Below are positions 8,442-17,511 of a DNA stretch of 64,000 bases, piece after piece (positions within the stretch are counted from its first letter, which is position 1; the number at the start of each line of letters is the position of its first letter). The notes under the pieces were generated by a model. That model searched no databases. It saw only the letters and a list, made by a program, of their open reading frames with translations, and was not told where the DNA came from. A program made the translations under genes and the position numbers. The DNA is from Chloroflexota bacterium (GTDB lineage: Bacteria; Chloroflexota; Dehalococcoidia; E44-bin15), in NCBI GenBank assembly GCA_034189655.1, contig JAXHUE010000003.1:35969-99968 (forward strand). Direction: 5' to 3'.

Positions 8442-11321
8442 ATGAGAAGTAAATATCCTGGGCTCACCAGGCCGACGGCGGTGCTCATAGCGCTGGCACT
8501 GATCGCCACACTTCTCGCCATCGTTATCCCGACGACCATTGGCTCGGCGGTCAACGAGGAGTGGGCCAACGCCGTCGTCGAGGAGGCGACTGAGAGGGTG
8601 GTCAACCCCGATAACGCCCTGGGCCCCAACGATGGCACGTGCGCCACCATGAGGCGCAGCGCCGAGCTTACCCTGGACATGGGAGTCGGCGAGGAGGCGC
8701 TGGACGGCCCGGGCAACGACCTCAAAGTCTATTCCCAGGGCGGTGACTACGAGGTCTTCGTGTGGGACGGCTTCACCTGGCAGTCGCTGGGTATTGGCGC
8801 CGGCACTCAGGAGTTCGACCTGGCCGATGCCGGCGTGGCCCAGTCGCGGTACGTGAGGATTGAGAATCGCACCAAGGGTGATATATGCATCGATGCCGTA
8901 GAGGTGCTGGGCGGCGAGCCCAAGCCCAGGATAACCGCTCCTGGCTACGAGGCCGACCTCACCGGCAATACCCAGATAGTGGCCGAGGACGAGGATGATG
9001 GCAACATCACCGATTGCTGGTTCTACTACTGGTACGACCTCGACCAGGACTGCGTGGCCGATGAGGGCGAGGACACCTGGCACCTCATAGGCCACGATAG
9101 CGTTGGCGGCAATTGGAGCGTGTGGTGGGACACCGGCAACTACAGCGACTGCTGCTACATCCTGAAGGCCGTGATGGAGAACTCCAGGGGCATCCAGGGT
9201 GACAGCTACGAGCAGGGCTTCCCCCACAACGTGCAGCTCACCAACCACGACCCCCAGCCCGAGATAACCGCCCCTGATGACCAGACCCCCTGCGATGCCG
9301 CCCCGGTGAGTGGCAACGTGACCCTCACCGCGGTGGACAACAGCTTTGAGCAGGGGGCAGACGTCACAGAGTGCACGTTCGAGTACTACTACGATGAGAA
9401 CATGAACTGCGACGACGATGACGGCAACCAGTGGACCGACATCGCCGGCATGGGCGCTAGCGGTGTGGTCAAGGGTAACGGTGGCGAGGGCTACGAGTTC
9501 ACCTACGACTGGGACACCACCCAGATGCCAGACTGCTGCTACCTCCTCCGTGTCACCATGGAGGACAAGCACGGGCGTGCCAACACCACGGACCATATCA
9601 ACATCGCCCTCTCCAACCACGACCCGCAGCCCGTGTTCTTGAACCCCGGCGAGGACGACACCGTGCAGGGCACCATCCTGCTGGAGGTAGAGGACGCCAG
9701 CCTTGACCAGGGCAGCGACGTGATATGCACCACCTGGGAGTACTGCTACGCCACCGACGAAAGCCAGTGCAGCGGTGATGACTGGAACCTGATACTGCAG
9801 GACTGCGACCCCGTCGGTGACACCTGGAGGCTGTGGTGGGACACCAACCAGGTACAGGACTGCTTCTACACCATCCGCGCCACCATGGAGGATGAGCACG
9901 GCCGTATCGGGGTGAGCTACCTCCACGTCGGCGTGGGCAACGACCCGCCGGTGGTCGAGATAGAGCAGCCCTACAACAACGACCTCCTCTGTGAGGACAA
10001 CCCGGTGAGTGGCAACGTCACCGTCAGGGCCAAGGACACGCAGCAGGCCACCGACATCGAGGCCGCCACCTTCCGCTACTACTATGACACAAACCAGGAC
10101 TGCGTGGCCAACGACGGCAACTCGTGGGTGCAGTTCGGCTACGATGGGACGAAGGAGATGGTGGGCGGCAACGCCACCTTCGAGGTGAACTGGGACACGA
10201 GCCAGCTCAACGACTGCTGCTACATCGTCCGCGTCTACATATCCGACCTCCACGCGCTGAACGGCTATGACACCCTCTGCGTGGCCCTCACCAACCACAA
10301 CCCGGTGCCCGAGATCACCCAGCCCGAGGGCAACACCACCATAAGCGGCACCCAGAGGATCATCGCCAAGGACACCGGCTTTGACCTGGGCAACGACATC
10401 AACCTGCCTGGCCACGGCAACGTGACCTTTGAGTATGCCACCGCAGACCAGAACTGCCAGCAGGTGGGCCAGTGGACAGACATGGGGGCGACCGTCACCC
10501 AGGTCGGCAGCCCGCCCGACCGCACCTGGTACGTGGACTGGGACACCACCCAGGTGGAGGACTGCTTCCACCTCATCAGGGTGACCCTGGAGGACAAGCA
10601 CGGCAGAACTGGCACCACCACCATCTGCGTGGGCGTGGCCAACAACCCGCCCCAGCCGCGGATGACGGCCCCGCCTGATGCCACTCCCTGCACCGCGGGC
10701 GAGGTGAACGGGAACATCGACCTGGTGGCGGTGGACGACAAGGCCAACAGCACCGTGCAGAGCTGCGTCTTCGAGATCTGGGACGACTTCAACCAGAACT
10801 GCACCGCCGACGAGGGGAACACCACCTGGGTCGCCATCGGCTCGGGCACGCTCTCTGCGGGCAACTGGACCCTCGATTGGGACACCACTGATGTCCCCGA
10901 CGAGTGCTACCTGGTGCGGGCCAACATGACCGACATCCACGGTCTGGGCAACGTCTCCACCCACATCAACCTGTACGTGAACAACCTGCGCCCGGCGCCG
11001 TACTTCTGGTATCCGTACGACAGGTCGGACTATCCTGTGGGCGACCCCGTCAACCTCTACGTGTACGACAAGACCGGGGCCACCGATATCCACGACGCCG
11101 ATGTGTACTTCGAGTGGTGGGACCCGGTAGCGAGGGAGTGGGTCTACATAGGCACCGGCACCTCTTACTATGAGAGCTCCATGGGCATGTGGATGTGGTA
11201 CAACTACAACCTCTACTACCCCGACCGCGACTGGATAGCGGTGAGGGTGACCATGACCGACAAGGGGGCCACACCACAGTCCGGCGACGACATCGTCCAG
11301 ATTTACCGAGTGCAAGAGTAG
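8442..11321 (+). CDS. Large exported Cys-rich tandem-repeat protein (959 aa): N-terminal signal/anchor, ~125-aa beta-sandwich-like domain, then seven ~105-120-aa repeats of an unrecognised domain
   Basis: N-terminus MRSKYPGLTRPTAVLIALALIATLLAIVIP is a signal peptide or type II anchor. Seven repeats (aa ~160-270, 271-393, 394-500, 501-620, 621-735, 736-849, 850-959) share three conserved blocks: PQP(E/V)IT.P at the start, C.F.YYYD.N.(D/N)C..D(D/E)GN.W in the middle, and W.(L/V).WDT.....DCCY..R..MED.HGR at the end. The protein is acidic and N/T/D/W/Y-rich with conserved Cys pairs. The opposite-strand 997-aa ORF is a V/H/G-rich shadow. Confidence 0.7.
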   Translation: MRSKYPGLTRPTAVLIALALIATLLAIVIPTTIGSAVNEEWANAVVEEATERVVNPDNALGPNDGTCATMRRSAELTLDMGVGEEALDGPGNDLKVYSQGGDYEVFVWDGFTWQSLGIGAGTQEFDLADAGVAQSRYVRIENRTKGDICIDAVEVLGGEPKPRITAPGYEADLTGNTQIVAEDEDDGNITDCWFYYWYDLDQDCVADEGEDTWHLIGHDSVGGNWSVWWDTGNYSDCCYILKAVMENSRGIQGDSYEQGFPHNVQLTNHDPQPEITAPDDQTPCDAAPVSGNVTLTAVDNSFEQGADVTECTFEYYYDENMNCDDDDGNQWTDIAGMGASGVVKGNGGEGYEFTYDWDTTQMPDCCYLLRVTMEDKHGRANTTDHINIALSNHDPQPVFLNPGEDDTVQGTILLEVEDASLDQGSDVICTTWEYCYATDESQCSGDDWNLILQDCDPVGDTWRLWWDTNQVQDCFYTIRATMEDEHGRIGVSYLHVGVGNDPPVVEIEQPYNNDLLCEDNPVSGNVTVRAKDTQQATDIEAATFRYYYDTNQDCVANDGNSWVQFGYDGTKEMVGGNATFEVNWDTSQLNDCCYIVRVYISDLHALNGYDTLCVALTNHNPVPEITQPEGNTTISGTQRIIAKDTGFDLGNDINLPGHGNVTFEYATADQNCQQVGQWTDMGATVTQVGSPPDRTWYVDWDTTQVEDCFHLIRVTLEDKHGRTGTTTICVGVANNPPQPRMTAPPDATPCTAGEVNGNIDLVAVDDKANSTVQSCVFEIWDDFNQNCTADEGNTTWVAIGSGTLSAGNWTLDWDTTDVPDECYLVRANMTDIHGLGNVSTHINLYVNNLRPAPYFWYPYDRSDYPVGDPVNLYVYDKTGATDIHDADVYFEWWDPVAREWVYIGTGTSYYESSMGMWMWYNYNLYYPDRDWIAVRVTMTDKGATPQSGDDIVQIYRVQE
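8919..11318 (+). repeat. In-frame coding tandem repeat array (7 diverged units of ~320-370 bp)
   Basis: DNA-level reflection of the seven protein repeats. Units are diverged (protein identity roughly 30-50%), so this is not a recent satellite expansion. Confidence 0.6.
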
Positions 11322-11354
11322 CCCAGCCGCGGTTGCGGCCGGAAAGAGACCGCC

Positions 11355-11389
11355 GGGGGGCGTCCTTCAATGGGCGCCCCCCTTTCGTT
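11355..11389 (+). terminator. Rho-independent terminator after the repeat-protein gene
   Basis: GGGGGGCG - 11-nt loop - CGCCCCCC followed by TTTCGTT, 34 nt downstream of the stop. Confidence 0.55.
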
Positions 11390-11484
11390 GGGGTGGTGTG
11401 CCCCTCCCGTCCCAGCCTTGCCCCCTCCCGCCGTAGCTGCTACAATCTGTGTGGGGGGAGTGCCTTTATAAAGGGGAGGGGGCC

Positions 11485-12087
11485 TTGGTCATCATCATCG
11501 ATAACTACGACTCCTTCTGCTACAACCTGGCCCAGTACATCGGGGAGCTGGGCTGGGAGCCCATGGTGTGCCGCAACGACCAGCTCTCACTGGTGGAGAT
11601 CGCGGCCCTGGCCCCGTCCCACATCGTGATCTCTCCCGGGCCGGGCACCCCGCTCGATGCCGGCATCTCCAACGCAGTGATACGCCGCTTTGCCGGCCAC
11701 ATCCCCATACTGGGGGTGTGCCTGGGACACCAGTGCATCGGCCACTGCTTCGGCGGGCACATAGTGCGCACCGTGCCGGTGCACGGCAAGTCCTCCCTCA
11801 TCTACCACGACGGCAAGACGCTGTACCGCGGCCTGGCCAACCCCTTCGAGGCCGGGCGCTACCACTCCCTGGCCGTCGCCCCGTGGGGCCTGCCCGCGGA
11901 GCTTGAGCTCTCGGCGCAGACCGAGACCGGGGAGGTCATGGGGGTGCGCCACCGCCAGTTCGTGGTCGAGGGCATCCAGTTCCACCCCGAGTCCATCCTC
12001 ACCGCCTGTGGCCACGATGTGCTGCGTGCCTTCCTGGGCATAGAGCATCCGCGGTGGCAGGCCGCCCTGGGGGGGCCCCATGGCTAG
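11485..12087 (+). CDS. pabA: Aminodeoxychorismate/anthranilate synthase component II (class I glutamine amidotransferase)
   Basis: LVIIIDNYDSFCYNLAQY N-terminus and GVCLGHQCIG catalytic Cys motif, with HPES near the C-terminus. Likely TTG start at 11485, 4 nt after GGGGAGGGGG; the ORF-track start at 11449 adds 12 non-homologous residues. Confidence 0.8.
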   Translation: MVIIIDNYDSFCYNLAQYIGELGWEPMVCRNDQLSLVEIAALAPSHIVISPGPGTPLDAGISNAVIRRFAGHIPILGVCLGHQCIGHCFGGHIVRTVPVHGKSSLIYHDGKTLYRGLANPFEAGRYHSLAVAPWGLPAELELSAQTETGEVMGVRHRQFVVEGIQFHPESILTACGHDVLRAFLGIEHPRWQAALGGPHG

Positions 12088-12931
12088 CTGGGTGTACGTA
12101 GACGGGGCCCTGGTGCCCGGCGACCAGGCCGCCGTCTCCCCCCTCGACCGCGGCCTGCTCTACGGCTACGGCCTGTTCGAGACCGTGCGCGCCTACGAGG
12201 GGCGCTGCTTCCGCCTGGGGCGGCACCTGGAGCGGCTCATGGCAGGTGCCGAGCGGCTCGCCCTCGCCGCCGCGCTCGACCGCGATGGCCTGGAGCGGGC
12301 GGTGTATCGCACCATGGAGGCAAACGGCCTCCGCGATGCCCGGGTGCGGCTCACCGTCACCGCCGGCGTAGGCGAGCGGGGGCTCTCCCCACCGCTGTCG
12401 GGGGCTGCCACCGTCATCGTAGTCGCCGAGGGGCTGGCCGCGCCGGGCCACGACGAGGGGGTGAGCGCCGCCATCGTCGGTGCGAGGAGGAACAGCGCCT
12501 CGCCGCTCGCCGGGATAAAGTCGTTGAACTACCTGGAGGCCCTGGTGGCCCACGCCCAGGCCCTGGCCCAGGGTGCCCAGCAGGCCATCATGTTAAACGA
12601 GCGCGGCCACGTCGCCGAGGGCAGCACCAGCAACATCTTCCTGGTCTCCGCAGGGAGACTGCTCACCCCGGCGCCGGCCTGTGGCATCCTCTGTGGCATA
12701 ACCAGGGAGGCCGTGCTGGAGTGTGCCGCCGACCTCGGCATCGAGGCCGCCGAGGTGGAGCTATCCCCGGAGGCCCTCTTCGCCGCCGACGAGGTCTTCC
12801 TCACCAGCTCCATAGTCGAGCTTGCGCCCGTGGCCCGCGTGGACGGCCGGGCCATCGGCGACGGCGGGCGTGGCAAGGTCACCTCCCTGCTCGCCGCCGC
12901 CTACCGGGAGCTGGTGCGGCGGGAGAGATGA
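12080..12931 (+). CDS. pabC: Aminodeoxychorismate lyase (class IV PLP aminotransferase fold)
   Basis: 283 aa, class IV aminotransferase features (YGYGLFETVRAY, EGSTSNIFLV, GITR). Size and operon context with pabA (8-nt overlap) favour ADC lyase over IlvE. Confidence 0.65.
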   Translation: MASWVYVDGALVPGDQAAVSPLDRGLLYGYGLFETVRAYEGRCFRLGRHLERLMAGAERLALAAALDRDGLERAVYRTMEANGLRDARVRLTVTAGVGERGLSPPLSGAATVIVVAEGLAAPGHDEGVSAAIVGARRNSASPLAGIKSLNYLEALVAHAQALAQGAQQAIMLNERGHVAEGSTSNIFLVSAGRLLTPAPACGILCGITREAVLECAADLGIEAAEVELSPEALFAADEVFLTSSIVELAPVARVDGRAIGDGGRGKVTSLLAAAYRELVRRER

Positions 12932-14100
12932 GCAGGAGGAACGCGGCGCGGCTGCTCCCCCTCTATGCCGTAGGCTTCCTGGGCTATGTCGGCTTCAGCC
13001 TGCTCTTTCCCGTCGTCCCCCAGTATGCCGACTCCGTGGGCACGCCCCTGGCACTGGTGGGGGTGGCGGTGGGGATGTTCTCCTACGTCACCGCGGTGGC
13101 CATGGTGCCCTTTGGCCTCCTGTCAGACCGGGTGGGACGGCGTCTCCTCCTGGTGGTAGGGCTGGTGCTGTACACAGTGGCCCCGCTGCTCTACCTCTGG
13201 GCCGACGGCCCGCTTCTGCTCATCGTGGTGAGGGGCATACACGGGCTGGCCTCGGCGGCCTTCATCCCCGCGGCCAACGCCATCGTGGTGGACATGGCCC
13301 CGCCCCAGAGGCGGGGCGAGGCCCTGGGGTGGTTCACCGGTGCCACCATGATGGGCTTCATCGTCGGCCCGGTAACGGGCGGCTTCCTCTTGAGCGCCTT
13401 CGGGTTCGATGCCGTCTTCTACGCGTGCAGCCTCACCTCCCTCATCGCCCTGGTGCTGGTGCTCCCCTGGCTTAAGGGCATGCCGGAGAGCCCCGCCGCC
13501 GCAGAGCGCAGCGAGGGCACCTGGGCCTGGATGGGGCAGCGGCGGGCCATCGGTGCCCTGCTCACCCCCCTGTTCATCACCTTTGGGTCGGGCACCATCG
13601 TGGCCTTCATGCCCCTGTATGGGGAAGAGCTGCTCATAACCGCTGCGCAGGTAGGGGTGATGATAACCGCGGTCTATGCCGCCTCGGCGCTGGTGCGTGC
13701 CCCGGCGGGGCGGCTCTCCGACCGCATGGGGAGGGGGCGGGTCATCCTCTCAGGCTTCGCTGCGAGCGCCCTCTTCGTCGCCCTCATCGCCGTGCCCACG
13801 TCCTTCCCGCTGCTGGTGCTGGTGGGCGTTGCCTTCGGGCTGGGCATGGGGCTGGCCATGCCCGCGGCATTCGCCCTGGTCGCCGACCTGGCCCCGCCTG
13901 ACAGGCGCGGGCTGGCCATGGGGGCCGCCAGCAGCTCGCTACAGGCGGGACTGGCCCTGGGGGCGACGGCCATGGGGGGCGTGGCCGTGGCCGTGGGCTA
14001 TGCCCCCATGTTCGGGGCGTGCGGCGCCGTCATGGCCCTGGGCCTTGCGGTGGTGTACCTCTTGCTGCGCCGCCGCGGGGACAGCGGTCGGCAGGGGTGA
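12928..14100 (+). CDS. MFS transporter
   Basis: 12 predicted TM helices. MFS loop motifs GLLSDRVGRRLLLV and GRLSDRMGRGRVI. ATG overlaps the pabC stop (ATGA). Confidence 0.75.
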   Translation: MSRRNAARLLPLYAVGFLGYVGFSLLFPVVPQYADSVGTPLALVGVAVGMFSYVTAVAMVPFGLLSDRVGRRLLLVVGLVLYTVAPLLYLWADGPLLLIVVRGIHGLASAAFIPAANAIVVDMAPPQRRGEALGWFTGATMMGFIVGPVTGGFLLSAFGFDAVFYACSLTSLIALVLVLPWLKGMPESPAAAERSEGTWAWMGQRRAIGALLTPLFITFGSGTIVAFMPLYGEELLITAAQVGVMITAVYAASALVRAPAGRLSDRMGRGRVILSGFAASALFVALIAVPTSFPLLVLVGVAFGLGMGLAMPAAFALVADLAPPDRRGLAMGAASSSLQAGLALGATAMGGVAVAVGYAPMFGACGAVMALGLAVVYLLLRRRGDSGRQG

Positions 14101-14171
14101 CCGCGGGGCGAACGCGGCGTTCTAGCATCTCGGAAAACGGTGCACGCAGAGGGCCTAGTGGGCAATATTCG

Positions 14172-14209
14172 TTGACCGCCCTGGGTGAGGCGTGCTATCA
14201 TGCTATAAT
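14172..14209 (+). promoter_or_regulatory. Candidate sigma70 promoter upstream of ftsY (TTGACC - 18 nt - TATCAT, with a second TATAAT 2 nt downstream)
   Basis: Sequence match only, located 20-57 nt upstream of the ftsY ATG. Confidence 0.4.
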
Positions 14210-14228
14210 CTCTGCTGTCGGAGTGACG

Positions 14229-15149
14229 ATGGGCGAGCGGGAACAGATGGAGAAGGGGGTGAAGCGCTCCCGGGAGGGCTGGTTCGGCCGGGTGATGCGC
14301 CTCTTCGACCGTGCCGCCATCGACCAGGGGCTGTGGGACGAGCTGGAGGAGCTGCTCATCGCCGCCGACGTCGGGGTGGCCACCAGCGCCAGGCTGCTGG
14401 GGCGGGTGCAGGAGCGGGTGGGCCGGGAGCGGCTCCAGGAGGCCTCCCAGGTCAGGGCCGTGCTGCGCCAGGAGATGGTGGCCATGCTGCGGGTGGACGG
14501 TGCCCCTTCCGGGGGGGGCGTCAGGCTGGCGCCGTCGCCGCCCACGGTGGTGCTGGTGGTGGGGGTCAACGGGGTGGGCAAGACGCTCTCCATCGCCAAG
14601 CTGGCCCACATGCTGAAAGGGGAGGGGAGGCGGGTGGTGCTCGCCGCCGCCGACACATTCCGCGCCGCGGCCGTCGAGCAGCTCCAGGTGCTGGGCAGGC
14701 GCATCGGGGTGGAGGTCATCGCCCAGGGGCCCGGCGCCGACCCCGGGGCCGTGGTGTACGACAGCCTGGAGGCGGCGAGGGCGCGCGGCGCCGACGTGGT
14801 AATCGTCGATACCGCGGGCCGGCTGCACACCAAGTTCAACCTGATGGAGGAGCTCAAGAAGATCAGGCGGGTGGCCTCTCGCAGCGACCCCGAGGCCCCC
14901 CACGAGGTGTTCCTGGTGCTCGACGCCACCACCGGGCAGAACGGCCTGCTCCAGGCGCGGCGCTTCACCGAGGCGGTGGAGGTCACCGGCGTCTTCCTCA
15001 CCAAGCTCGATGGCACTGCCAAGGGGGGCATCGTGCTCGCCATATGCGACGAGCTCAAGGTGCCCATACGCTTCATCGGAACCGGCGAGTCGGTGGCAGA
15101 CATCGCCCCCTTCGACGCCGACTCGTTTGTCGAGGTGCTCTCGTCGTGA
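14229..15149 (+). CDS. ftsY: Signal recognition particle receptor FtsY (short form, NG domain only)
   Basis: [15 protein letters not shown] (G1), DTAGRLH (G3), [10 protein letters not shown] (G4). ~306 aa. Confidence 0.9.
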   Translation: MGEREQMEKGVKRSREGWFGRVMRLFDRAAIDQGLWDELEELLIAADVGVATSARLLGRVQERVGRERLQEASQVRAVLRQEMVAMLRVDGAPSGGGVRLAPSPPTVVLVVGVNGVGKTLSIAKLAHMLKGEGRRVVLAAADTFRAAAVEQLQVLGRRIGVEVIAQGPGADPGAVVYDSLEAARARGADVVIVDTAGRLHTKFNLMEELKKIRRVASRSDPEAPHEVFLVLDATTGQNGLLQARRFTEAVEVTGVFLTKLDGTAKGGIVLAICDELKVPIRFIGTGESVADIAPFDADSFVEVLSS

Positions 15150-17509
15150 GCGGCGTGACCTTCGCCTCGATGTGGTGGCTCACGGTCGAGCTCCTGGGGC
15201 TCATCGCCCTGCCGCTCACCCTGGTGGTGTTCAAGCGCCTCCCCGACAGGGGCTATGCCTTCAGCAAGGCGCTGGCCATACTGCTGGTCTCTTTTATCTT
15301 GTGGCTCCTGGCCTATGCCCACATCCTGCCCAACACCTGGTGGGCCATCATACTCATCATAGCCGCGGGTGCTATAGGCTCCCTGGTGCTGGCGGTGCGC
15401 CGTCGCCGCGAGCTCGCCGAGTTCTTCAGGCGGGAGCGCACCATCATCATCGCCACCGAGGCCGTGTTCCTGCTCGCCTTCGTCGCCTATCTCGCGATAC
15501 GCGCCTTCAACCCGGACATCCTCTTCGGCGAAAAGCCCATGGACTTCGCCTTCATGAACGGCATCTTGAGGAGCACCTACTTTCCCCCCATCGACCCGTG
15601 GCTTGCCGGCTACAGCATCAGCTACTACTACGGCGGCTACCAGATAATGGCCATGCTCACCATGCTTACCGGCGTGCCCGCGGCGGTGTCGTTCAACCTC
15701 TCCCTGGCACTGGTCTTCGCCCTGACCACCGTCGGCGCCTTCAGCGTGGTCTACAACCTGGTACGCATGGGCAGGGGTGGGGTCAGGGCGGCGGTGGGGA
15801 TGGGCCTGGTCGCCGCCGGCCTGCTTTTAGTCCTGGGCAACCTGGTGGGGGTGCTGGAGATGCTGCATGCCCACGGGTTCGGCAGCGCCGGGTTCTGGGA
15901 GTGGGTGGGCATCGCCGGGCTGGACCACCCCTATAGCGGCGTGACCTGGTACCCCAACGAGCACTGGTGGTGGTGGCGCTCGACGCGGCTGATAAACACC
16001 CTGTCCCCCGGCGTCAGCAACGGTCTGGACTACACCATCACGGAGTTCCCCGCCTTCAGCTTCCTCTTCGCCGACCTCCACCCCCACCTCATGGCGCTGC
16101 CCTTCTCCCTGCTCACCATGGCGATGTGTCTGGAGCTCATGGTGTCGGCGCAGTCGCCGGGGGTGGCCTGGTTCAAGGCCAACTGGCCCCGCTTCCTGGT
16201 CTTTGCCATCGCCCTGGGGTCGCTCGGCTTCATCAATACCTGGGACATCACCACCTATAGCCTGCTCTTCGCACTGGCCGCGCTCATCGGGGGCTACCTG
16301 GCCTGGGGGCGGATGAGCCTCGGCCTGCTCAAGGACGTGGCCCTGTTCGTCGCTGCCCTCGTTGCCTGTGCCTTCGTGCTCTACCTCCCCTTCTACATCG
16401 GGCTCGACACCCAGGTCCAGGGCATCGGACTGGTGGGCGATATCGACACCCAGCCGCACCACTTCTTCCTCTTCTGGGGGGTCCTGCTGTTCATCACCGT
16501 GTCCTTCGTGGTGGCCCAGTCGTGGGGCGCGCTCAAGGAGGGCCTGCCGTCGTGGGGGTATGTGCTCCTGGCGGTGGCGGTGCCCGTCCTGCCGTTTGTC
16601 ATATGGGCCGTGGCCAGCCAGGCCGGCGGTGTGGGCCTCCTCGCCGCGATGGGCAAGCTGTGGCACGTGCTTCCCTTAATAATAGTGCTCATACTGGCCC
16701 TCCTGGTCATCGTGAAGAGGGCGCAGCGCGTCGTGGCCAGCGACGACGGGGACGGCGGTGAGGAGCGGGCCTCCATCTTCGCCATGGTGCTCCTGTTCAC
16801 CGGCTTCCTCCTCGTCATGGGCTGCGAGCTCTTCCTGGTGAAGGACTTCTTCTATCCCTGGCGCATGAACACCATGTTCAAGCTGTACTACATGGCGTGG
16901 CTGGTGCTCGCCATCTCAGCGGCCTATGGCCTCTACTGGATCGCGGTGCACTGGCGGCCGGCCTCACTCGCTGCCATGGTAGGTCGCGCCACCTGGTGGG
17001 TGGTCTTGGGCTTCCTCATCCTGGGCAGCCTCATCTACCCGGTGGCGGCCTCCATCACGATGTACGATTTCAACCGCTCGCCCACGCTCAATGGCCTGGC
17101 CTTCGTGGAGAGCGCCCGTCCATCGGAGTACGAGGCCATCGCCTGGCTCAACAGCGATGTCGAGGGGGCGCCGGTCATCGTGGAGGCCACCGGCGGGTAC
17201 TTCACCGACTACTTCCGCATATCGGCGCGCACCGGGCTGCCCACCATCCTGGGCTGTCCCGGGCACGAGCGCCAGTGGCGTGGCGGGGACGAGCTCTTCG
17301 TCGGCCGCGAGGCAGACATCGATGCCATCTACGAGGGCGAGGACATGGCCCAGGTCGAGGCCCTCTTCCAGGAGTACGATGTCACCTACGTCTACGTGGG
17401 CCACCTGGAGCGGGAGCAGTACGGTGAGGCAGTGGCCGACCGCTTCGCCGGCTTCATGGACGTGGCCTTCGCCAACGAGGGCGTCACCATATACCAGGTG
17501 AGGGAGTAG
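15146..17509 (+). CDS. DUF2298 / TIGR03662 (Chlor_Arch_YYY) family integral membrane protein
   Basis: Polytopic membrane protein of ~790 aa with the hallmark [10 protein letters not shown] triple-Tyr motif. GTG at 15146 overlaps the ftsY stop. The ORF-track 14192 start is an artefact of an open frame overlapping ftsY. Confidence 0.7.
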   Translation: MSGVTFASMWWLTVELLGLIALPLTLVVFKRLPDRGYAFSKALAILLVSFILWLLAYAHILPNTWWAIILIIAAGAIGSLVLAVRRRRELAEFFRRERTIIIATEAVFLLAFVAYLAIRAFNPDILFGEKPMDFAFMNGILRSTYFPPIDPWLAGYSISYYYGGYQIMAMLTMLTGVPAAVSFNLSLALVFALTTVGAFSVVYNLVRMGRGGVRAAVGMGLVAAGLLLVLGNLVGVLEMLHAHGFGSAGFWEWVGIAGLDHPYSGVTWYPNEHWWWWRSTRLINTLSPGVSNGLDYTITEFPAFSFLFADLHPHLMALPFSLLTMAMCLELMVSAQSPGVAWFKANWPRFLVFAIALGSLGFINTWDITTYSLLFALAALIGGYLAWGRMSLGLLKDVALFVAALVACAFVLYLPFYIGLDTQVQGIGLVGDIDTQPHHFFLFWGVLLFITVSFVVAQSWGALKEGLPSWGYVLLAVAVPVLPFVIWAVASQAGGVGLLAAMGKLWHVLPLIIVLILALLVIVKRAQRVVASDDGDGGEERASIFAMVLLFTGFLLVMGCELFLVKDFFYPWRMNTMFKLYYMAWLVLAISAAYGLYWIAVHWRPASLAAMVGRATWWVVLGFLILGSLIYPVAASITMYDFNRSPTLNGLAFVESARPSEYEAIAWLNSDVEGAPVIVEATGGYFTDYFRISARTGLPTILGCPGHERQWRGGDELFVGREADIDAIYEGEDMAQVEALFQEYDVTYVYVGHLEREQYGEAVADRFAGFMDVAFANEGVTIYQVRE

Positions 17510-17511
17510 CG

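Noticed and set aside
8322-11315. 997-aa minus-strand ORF antisense to the repeat-protein gene
   Set aside because: V/H/G/P-rich low-complexity translation typical of antisense frames in 70% GC DNA. The plus-strand frame has signal peptide, RBS, promoter and ordered repeats.
8919-11318. Periodic ~330-bp DNA repeats considered as CRISPR-like or satellite array
   Set aside because: Units are long, in-frame, diverged coding repeats without short spacers. No cas genes are present. They reflect protein domain duplication.
8442-11321. Apparent enrichment of N-x-S/T sequons (about 16) in the repeat protein as evidence of N-glycosylation
   Set aside because: The protein is very Asn- and Thr-rich. 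The sequon count is close to compositional expectation, so it is not evidence by itself. I kept it only as a speculative link under the membrane-cluster finding.
14192-17509. 1105-aa ORF fusing an upstream open frame to the DUF2298 gene
   Set aside because: The first ~318 codons overlap ftsY out of frame and are R/G/A-rich nonsense. The real start is the GTG at 15146 coupled to the ftsY stop.
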